From the NCBI GenBank assembly GCA_012960245.1, contig DUBO01000038.1:10627-74626 (forward strand): DNA of 64,000 bases, written 5' to 3'. The notes beneath the pieces were generated by a model that was not told the origin of the DNA, ran no database searches, and was given only the letters and a program-made list of their open reading frames with translations. Positions 57,485 through 64,000 of the stretch are shown here, one piece after another. Position numbers and translations under genes: made by a program. How positions within the stretch are numbered: the first letter of the stretch is position 1; the number at the start of each line of letters is the position of its first letter. The DNA is from Candidatus Binatota bacterium. Its GTDB lineage: Bacteria; Desulfobacterota; Binatia; UBA1149.

Positions 57485-58285
57485 ATGGACTACGAGCAGA
57501 TCACCTACGAAGTACGCGACCAGGTGGCACTGATCACGCTTGACCGGCCCGACAAGCTCAACGCGTGGACGCCACAGATGAGCGAGGAGCAGGCCCACGC
57601 CGTCGCGCGCGCCAACGCCGACAACGCTGTGGGTGCCATCGTCACGACCGGTGCCGGCCGCGGTTTTTGCGCTGGCGCCGACATGGGCGACACCTTCCAG
57701 TCGCGCATAGACGGTGTTGACCCCGGCCACAACACCCAGGACGGATCGGGAGGAATGCCCGCAGGCCTCGACTGGGTGGCGCTGGTGCGCGAGTCCAAGC
57801 CCATGATTGCCGCGGTCAACGGCGCGACCGTCGGCATCGGGCTTACCATGCTGCTGCCCTTCGACGTCATACTGGCGTCGGACAAGGCGCGCCTGGGCAT
57901 GGGCTTCATCAAGATGGGGCTGGTGCCCGAGCTGGCCAGCACCCATTTCCTGGTGCAGCGCATGGGCTTTGGCCGCGCATCGGAGATGTGCCTTACAGGT
58001 CGCCTTTACAAGGCCGACGAGGCACTGGAGGCCGGCCTGGTGGACCGGGTCGTGGCTCACGACGACCTCGTGGCCGCCGCCCTGCAACTGGCCGGCGAGA
58101 TCGCGGCCAACCCCGTGCCGCAGTTGCTCATGACCAAGCGGCTACTGACCGAAAACGGCAGCGCCACCGACCTCACCCTGGTGCAGGAGTCGGAGAGCGC
58201 CTTGCTGCGCGAGTGCTGGAAGACACCCGAGCACGCCGAGGCGGTGGCGGCTTTTATCGAGAAACGACCACCGCGTTTTCGCTAG
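57485..58285 (+). CDS. Enoyl-CoA hydratase/isomerase family protein
   Basis: LDRPDKLNA, FCAGAD, KPMIAAVNG, GLVPE, FIEKRPPRF. Confidence 0.92.
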   Translation: MDYEQITYEVRDQVALITLDRPDKLNAWTPQMSEEQAHAVARANADNAVGAIVTTGAGRGFCAGADMGDTFQSRIDGVDPGHNTQDGSGGMPAGLDWVALVRESKPMIAAVNGATVGIGLTMLLPFDVILASDKARLGMGFIKMGLVPELASTHFLVQRMGFGRASEMCLTGRLYKADEALEAGLVDRVVAHDDLVAAALQLAGEIAANPVPQLLMTKRLLTENGSATDLTLVQESESALLRECWKTPEHAEAVAAFIEKRPPRFR

Positions 58286-58342
58286 CCCGACCATCCACCA
58301 TTTTCAGACAAGGACGTCGTAAGAGACCCCGTCCAGCTGCAG

Positions 58343-61300
58343 CTACTGGTCCAGCTGGCGAACCCTGTGTATTACCGCTTCGATTGTCACCGGCACGGGA
58401 CAGTTAACAATATGCCGAGCGTCGCTTGGCGAATTCGGATGCTCAAAATCATAGTTGTCAGACCCCACATTTGGCGGTGGCGGGAATTCAAGGACTTCCA
58501 ATTTACCCTCGGCCCTGAGCCGCTGAATCTGCTTGACCCCTTTAAGGACCTCGCTCGCCGGCTCCTTCCAGTGAGCAAAACCGATGTGCCACATCGGACT
58601 GTAATCGTCCTCTGGCCTAAAGTAGGAGGGCACTCCCACCTGGCTGCCGAACGGGCCACCACCCAGGAATCCAAAACCGTCGCTTGGCGTCGGTGGATAG
58701 GTTGGATCTATCGGCGCTGGGGGCAGCGACTGGATCAGGGGAACTCCGACGCTTCCAAGGTTCTTATACATTGGTACATAGGGGACTCCCATCGCCCTTG
58801 CCGGACCAAATGGATAGGTGTCCAGGACTATGTAGTAGGGAAGATAATCACCTTCTCCCGCCCAAGCCTTGTGAAGCTTGAAGGTGATCGACGGATCTGG
58901 TCCGACCGTGTCCAGTGCCAGCACATGCCCCGATGCGTCCCTGTCACCCCAGAATTCACCGTTGTAAAAACAAGTCGAGTTGGGAGGTTCATCTGGAAAA
59001 CTGACACAACTCAGGTCAATCCGATTGTGATGCCATTCCTCGTCGCCCCACTTTGCAAACACGGCATTAACGATAACATCCTGCCCGTCAATCGTGACTC
59101 GACGCAAAGGCGAATACGTATTCAGGTCATCAACGTCTGGAATTAAATCCGGATTCTTGCAGGGTCTTCCCGAACCGGAATCGATACCATCAGACACCCT
59201 GCAAGCCGGCGAGGCCCATATCGGATTGGGCACGTTCCCGTAAAACGTCCAGTGACCCGTAACTGGATCAATGGTTGCATCCCCGGTAGCCGCTATTGGC
59301 GTGCCGGTTAATTTACCAGCCCAGGCCAGGCCCATTTCCTCGGCCAGGGCTTCGTCGCTGATGTCGTGCAGGAAGAACCATACGGGGGTCAGTACGCCGC
59401 CGTCGTCGTTCGTTCCCTGCATCAGCGGGAAGGTAATGGTACCGCGTTCGTTGGGCTGCGGGTCAAGGGCGTCGCCGAGCGGAATATCCCTTATGTCGTC
59501 TAACTCGCCGATTACCGCCCCATCCACCCAGATATCCACAGGGTCAACCTGCGGTCCGTATTCGCCAACAGCGTCTCCGGTTCTGTATGTAGGCAGTGCG
59601 TGGGTGTCCACGTAGCTTACCCCGTCCCACGAGGGGATAGGTGTCGGCATGACCAGGGTCTGCCCCGGATGCTCAATATCCCAGCGCAACAGCATGGCGT
59701 GGTCCTCGTGCTGCGTGTTGTGGCAATGCTCCATGAAGGTGCCCGCGAACTCCCGGAAGCGAAGTGCGATCTCCACCATCACCCCACTGTCGGCCTGTGG
59801 TCCGAGCCGGTACACGTCCTTGCGAGCCCACTTTTCCCACTCGGGCGGCTCCTGGCCGTCACGTCTCAGTATGATCCCCTCCTCAAAGTGGATGTGTATC
59901 GGGTGGCTCCAGGTTCCGCTGTTGAGAAGGCGCCAGACCTCCAGCCCACCGGAATTTTTCTCGGGAGCCGCAGATAGACGGCGGGGGTCCATTCCGAACC
60001 CCTTGCCGCCATCGGTCTCTATGACCCAGGGGCGATCGTCGGTGGGCTGCCTCTCAAATTCAAAGGTGCGGTGAAGAGCCGCGTCCAGCTCTGCCTGCGC
60101 GGGCATCTGGATGGGGATCATCTTCTGCCCGCCGGCCACGTAGTCCATTGGATCAAGACTGTTGTCGACCCCGGCGTACTCGGTAACACGGAACTCCATG
60201 AATTTACCTACAACCGGGTCACCGTCGATCCAGCGGTCGGCAATGCCATCGGGGGGAACCGTGTCGTCGATGGTAACCGGTGCGTAGGCTCCGCTTACGA
60301 TATCGGCCAGGGGAATCACTTCGTCGGTGACTTGCCCGTTCTTGTGTTGCAGCAGGTTGACCAGGTACAGCTTGTCACCCGGTTCGAAGTTGGCAAAGTC
60401 GATGATGACGTCGTAGCGTTCGGCTATGCCGAGGGTCGGCAGCTCGCCGTTACTGAACTCCACGGCGTGCTCCATGATGTTGCCGTCGTTGGCAACCATG
60501 TGGAACGGGACCGGGTTGCCGGCCTCGTCGACCAGCGCCAGCTTGAAGTAGCGAGATACCGAGGCATTCAGGACGCGGAAGCGGTACCGGCGGGCACGAA
60601 CGTCGAAGTAAGGCTTGTACAGCCAGTTAACGGTCATAACGTCGCCGAGAAAGCCTTTCTGGTTGAAGGGGTTAAAACACAACTGCCCGTCACCATCAAA
60701 GGCTTTCTCTGCCAGCATCAGGTTGACGTCGTAATCGCGGTTGCCCCAGGGCAGCGCGGATCCACTGGGCAACCTCAGGTTGATGCCGTCATTGACGGAT
60801 TCGTTGCCGCGATCGAGTGAACTGTAATAGTTCATCATCGCGGCGCTGCCCTTGTAGACGTTCTGGGCAGTGAAATCGAGCATGTGATCGTGGAACCAGT
60901 GGGTGCTCATGGTCTCGTGCCAGTCGCCCTTGATCCGCTTTATGCCTCCGTTGCCCATGGGCATCCCTGCCCTTTTATCCCTCTTATTCGTATTGATGGA
61001 GTCGTGTCCTGCGAGCACCATCGGCCACCTGTAGTCGTAGAACTGGCCGGGAAAGAAAAACGCGTTGGCGAACCCGTCGCTCTCAGCCGGGTTATGGCCG
61101 TTGTGCTCGTGGGTGGTCAGCGTGTGAACACCGAAACCACGGTTCTCGGCGACGTCGATCGGTAACGCATTGTAGTGGCGCATTACCAGGGGCTCGCCAT
61201 AACGCGCGGTGAGCAGCTTGGGGGGAAAAGTTCCGTCGAAAGTCCACACCGCGTCCGGATCCTGCAAAGGCATGCTGGCATGAAACCGGACCTCGATTCC

Positions 61301-62083
61301 CGACGTCGTGCCATCGGATCCAGCTGGTTCCGCGGTTGAATGATACAGTCCTGTGGGCCCGAATTCACCGTGCCTGTAGCGATGCCTCTGAGCTCTATCA
61401 CGCAGGCCGCGATTCTCCCGACCACCGGTTGTCGCAGTCTTGAAGTAAACCCTGGGCTTGAACTCATCCCACCGCTGGTGTGCCCATCCTTCCCCAGGCG
61501 GTCGTCCTTCGATCGGGGGGTCGTCAAGATCGCGGCCCAACCATGATTCAATCTTCGACTCCCACGGATTCTCGTCCGAGGTATTCGCCTTGCGCTTGGG
61601 GATAGGCCATACCCGGGCTTTCAAAAACTTATCCAGTTTTACTGAACGCGGATAAGCCTGGGGGTTGGCTGGTTTGGGTAGCCGTTTATGTTTGGGGCTA
61701 TCTTCGGCATGAATTCCACGCTTTGTGGTCCCAAATTCTTCCAATCGCAACATTTTCTGGCTGAAAGGCGTTGCGCCAAAAAGCGGACTCGGTGGGTAAT
61801 CGGTTGGCACGTTGAAGGTGCCAGAATCCCGCTGGGCAGTCACCGGTATGGCATTCTGCTCGCGGGTGTCTTCGGGGGTTCCAGTCAAGCCCCCCTCAAA
61901 ACTCCCCTCGTTTGCCTCGGGCAAACCCTCTGGCAGATCTCCCACGATCGGACCCGCACACGCCGAAGGATCTCCGGAAGGCGGGCACTGGGCATGCAGC
62001 GTCGGTGGGAAAAAACACGCAATGGCCAGAAAAAATAACGAACAATACAACCCTGGAAAACAATACCTACTAACTCGTCTCAT
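58343..62083 (-). CDS. mcoA: Large exported multicopper oxidase, McoA-type (putative Mn(II) oxidase), with about 400-aa C-terminal extension
   Basis: Signal peptide; Cu ligands THEHNGH, WFHDH, HPIHIH, HCHNTQHEDHAM; EGRPPGEGWAHQRW, WTFDGTFPPKLL and ETMSTHWFHDHMLDFTAQNVYKG match Pseudomonas putida McoA as recalled. Confidence 0.82.
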   Translation of the reverse strand: MRRVSRYCFPGLYCSLFFLAIACFFPPTLHAQCPPSGDPSACAGPIVGDLPEGLPEANEGSFEGGLTGTPEDTREQNAIPVTAQRDSGTFNVPTDYPPSPLFGATPFSQKMLRLEEFGTTKRGIHAEDSPKHKRLPKPANPQAYPRSVKLDKFLKARVWPIPKRKANTSDENPWESKIESWLGRDLDDPPIEGRPPGEGWAHQRWDEFKPRVYFKTATTGGRENRGLRDRAQRHRYRHGEFGPTGLYHSTAEPAGSDGTTSGIEVRFHASMPLQDPDAVWTFDGTFPPKLLTARYGEPLVMRHYNALPIDVAENRGFGVHTLTTHEHNGHNPAESDGFANAFFFPGQFYDYRWPMVLAGHDSINTNKRDKRAGMPMGNGGIKRIKGDWHETMSTHWFHDHMLDFTAQNVYKGSAAMMNYYSSLDRGNESVNDGINLRLPSGSALPWGNRDYDVNLMLAEKAFDGDGQLCFNPFNQKGFLGDVMTVNWLYKPYFDVRARRYRFRVLNASVSRYFKLALVDEAGNPVPFHMVANDGNIMEHAVEFSNGELPTLGIAERYDVIIDFANFEPGDKLYLVNLLQHKNGQVTDEVIPLADIVSGAYAPVTIDDTVPPDGIADRWIDGDPVVGKFMEFRVTEYAGVDNSLDPMDYVAGGQKMIPIQMPAQAELDAALHRTFEFERQPTDDRPWVIETDGGKGFGMDPRRLSAAPEKNSGGLEVWRLLNSGTWSHPIHIHFEEGIILRRDGQEPPEWEKWARKDVYRLGPQADSGVMVEIALRFREFAGTFMEHCHNTQHEDHAMLLRWDIEHPGQTLVMPTPIPSWDGVSYVDTHALPTYRTGDAVGEYGPQVDPVDIWVDGAVIGELDDIRDIPLGDALDPQPNERGTITFPLMQGTNDDGGVLTPVWFFLHDISDEALAEEMGLAWAGKLTGTPIAATGDATIDPVTGHWTFYGNVPNPIWASPACRVSDGIDSGSGRPCKNPDLIPDVDDLNTYSPLRRVTIDGQDVIVNAVFAKWGDEEWHHNRIDLSCVSFPDEPPNSTCFYNGEFWGDRDASGHVLALDTVGPDPSITFKLHKAWAGEGDYLPYYIVLDTYPFGPARAMGVPYVPMYKNLGSVGVPLIQSLPPAPIDPTYPPTPSDGFGFLGGGPFGSQVGVPSYFRPEDDYSPMWHIGFAHWKEPASEVLKGVKQIQRLRAEGKLEVLEFPPPPNVGSDNYDFEHPNSPSDARHIVNCPVPVTIEAVIHRVRQLDQ

Positions 62084-62160
62084 AATTTATCCCCCTGCAG
62101 AGATGAAAAAAAACATGGCTAACTTAACTAAAATCCCCGTCAAGGGTGTAATCCAGAACA

Positions 62161-62177
62161 AGCAACTTGTGTACCAA
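62161..62177 (-). promoter_or_regulatory. Sigma54 promoter of the multicopper oxidase gene
   Basis: TTGGTACACAAGTTGCT (GG-N10-GC). Confidence 0.8.
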
Positions 62178-62217
62178 GCTGAAAATGCCTGGCCCCACAG
62201 TCAATACAGGATGAGGT

Positions 62218-62253
62218 CGGGGCTGTGTTGTAAACCCAGGTTAGCGCTCGAAG
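62218..62253. promoter_or_regulatory. Conserved upstream element containing GTAAAC-CCAG-GTTAGC (62230-62245)
   Basis: Second copy of the 55841-55876 element. Confidence 0.75.
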
Positions 62254-62499
62254 TCAAAAAGTCTGCACTCGAAGGTCAAAGGTCTGCAGATAACCGCAGC
62301 AAGGATGCAACAGCTTGCGCAGTGGCGTCGCAAGCCGGCAGCATAAAGAAAAATTGTAGAGATCCTCAACAGTGGCCGGTTGGGTGCCTACGCCCACATG
62401 GGGGGGGATTCGCCCTTACGTGGGCGGTCAGCGCTGGATCCCCCCCCCCGAATGGGTTTGTGTGTGGGGGGGGGGCTGACGACCTCTGCGTCCTCCCGG

Positions 62500-63810
62500 T
62501 TATTTTACCTTCACCGGGACAGCCACGACCTGTGTTCTCCCGGATTCAAAGGAAAGCGTCATATTGATGGTCTGACCTGCTTCCGCTCGCCGGACCGGTT
62601 CCATGAGCATAAGATGCTTGCCTCCCGGGGCAAGCTTCGCCTGCCCCCCCGGGGGCACCAGGAGTTGTTCGACCTCCCTCATTCTCATCAACCCGTCGAC
62701 AACCGCCATTTCGTGCACCTCTATGCGACCGAAGGCCGGGGACTCTACCTTGACCAAGGAAACAGCCTCCTGGCCGACGTTAACAAGGGTCATATATCCG
62801 GCGTTAGCCGGGGCCCTGGCGTCTGCCTCGCGCACCCAGGCATCCATGACCGCCAGCACGTCTCCTTCCGGCTCGGCGTCGGCAACCGGAGCTGCCTCCT
62901 CCCGCAGCTCGCCCATCGAAGCAAGGTAGACAAGCAGGTCATCGGCCTCCTGCCTGTTCAGCCGCATATTCGGCATGACCAGATTCCCCCACTCTTCGAG
63001 CATGGCTACCGCGATCGGGTCCTCGTCAGCAATCATTTTGTCTGGTGCCTGCAGCCATCCAAGAAGCCACTGGCGATCGCGGCGCCCTGTTACTCCCATG
63101 AGATCCGGCCCGAGTGCGCCGGGTCGGGTCTCGCCGTCGACCGTGTGACAAACTGAACAACGAGTCCGAAACAACTGCTCTCCCGCCGACATGGGCCGCA
63201 GCTCAGGCGCCTTGTGATAACTCTGCTTGGAAAGAGGAGGGCACTTGGGGCACAGGCCATTCAGCTGAGACGCAAGAATGTAGGGGTTTTCTGTCGGCGC
63301 TCGCTTCATCCACTGCCCGGTAGCCTGGTTGCCGATCATCATGTTCAAGTTGTGATCGCCACTTCCGTCCTGGATCTCCTCCACGTACAGGCCGAGCTTT
63401 CTACGTAGCAGCGTGATGTCTTCTTCGTTACCGGTGAAGAAATCCCAGTGCGCACCGAATCTATCCTTGTACTCGCTCAGTATCGGCGGCTGGTCGTGTT
63501 CAGGGTCGATAGAGATCGAATAAAAAAAGATATCGTCGCCAATTCGATCACCCAGTATGTCCTGGACCTTTTTCAGCTGGGCCGTCTCAAGGGGGCAACT
63601 GTCCGGACAGCTGGTGAAGATAAAGTTAACCGCGACGATCTTTCCCTCGATAAGGTCGTCGAAAAACCGCACCTGTTCTCCGTCCTGGTTGGTCAGTTCG
63701 ACGTTTGGAAAATAGTTCCTGCCCCATGACGCGGCCACGGCAGACGAATAGAAAGCCAGCACCAAGGGCAGCACGATAAACCACCGGCAAAATTTCAAGC
63801 TACTTCTCAC
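62500..63810 (-). CDS. Sco/SenC-cytochrome c-PCuAC copper chaperone fusion (ORF extends to 63888; GTG 63810 gives a normal signal peptide)
   Basis: FIFTSCPDSCP (CxxxC), SIDPEHD; CSVCH, GPDL, MPNM; AWVRE...AGYM...HEM...MRM...PGGKHLMLM. Confidence 0.88.
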   Translation of the reverse strand: MRSSLKFCRWFIVLPLVLAFYSSAVAASWGRNYFPNVELTNQDGEQVRFFDDLIEGKIVAVNFIFTSCPDSCPLETAQLKKVQDILGDRIGDDIFFYSISIDPEHDQPPILSEYKDRFGAHWDFFTGNEEDITLLRRKLGLYVEEIQDGSGDHNLNMMIGNQATGQWMKRAPTENPYILASQLNGLCPKCPPLSKQSYHKAPELRPMSAGEQLFRTRCSVCHTVDGETRPGALGPDLMGVTGRRDRQWLLGWLQAPDKMIADEDPIAVAMLEEWGNLVMPNMRLNRQEADDLLVYLASMGELREEAAPVADAEPEGDVLAVMDAWVREADARAPANAGYMTLVNVGQEAVSLVKVESPAFGRIEVHEMAVVDGLMRMREVEQLLVPPGGQAKLAPGGKHLMLMEPVRRAEAGQTINMTLSFESGRTQVVAVPVKVK

Positions 63811-64000
63811 GCGAGAAGAGATACCCCTTTTTCGATTCAATACAACTAGTAGACTACATTTATCAGCGAACCGGACCATCGCCGGCACACCGTCCGATTG
63901 GCACGGAAATCAGGGCAACGAGCCCTGGTACGTCAAAGATGCGGCCGGCAATTTTTCCGAGTTTTTCTCGGGCATGGATCGCATCCTCGACGACGACGGC

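Noticed and set aside
63899-63915. TTGGCACGG sigma54-like -24 box (also TTGGCAC near 57100 on +)
   Set aside because: No GC at the -12 position

Overview
GC-rich bacterial chromosomal window with no rRNA, tRNA, CRISPR or mobile element. The secreted Cys-rich proteins and the catabolic gene set suggest a Binatia/Myxococcota-like deltaproteobacterium (inference). Most of the window is accessory lipid, xenobiotic and organosulfur catabolism: SDRs, three luciferase-like/F420 oxidoreductases, two P450s, 2OG-Fe(II) dioxygenases, hydrolases, a sulfatase, a haloalkane dehalogenase and an acyl-CoA dehydrogenase plus kinase pair. It also carries metal-resistance modules (csoR-permease/HMA; arsR-arsM) and four secreted Cys-rich proteins. 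Highlights: (1) a TetR protein resembling Vibrio LuxR/HapR/SmcR sits beside a TATTGA-N8-TCAATA operator, divergent from an uncharacterised diiron enzyme-SCP2-ferredoxin operon; (2) four sigma54 promoters each carry the same G(C/T/A)WAAC-N4-STTAGC site at 42/53/53/64 bp (helically phased), linking a McoA-type Mn(II)-oxidase-like multicopper oxidase with secreted Cys-rich proteins; (3) a Sco-cytochrome c-PCuAC triple fusion lies upstream of that oxidase; (4) a UxxC selenoprotein is split by the ORF caller.
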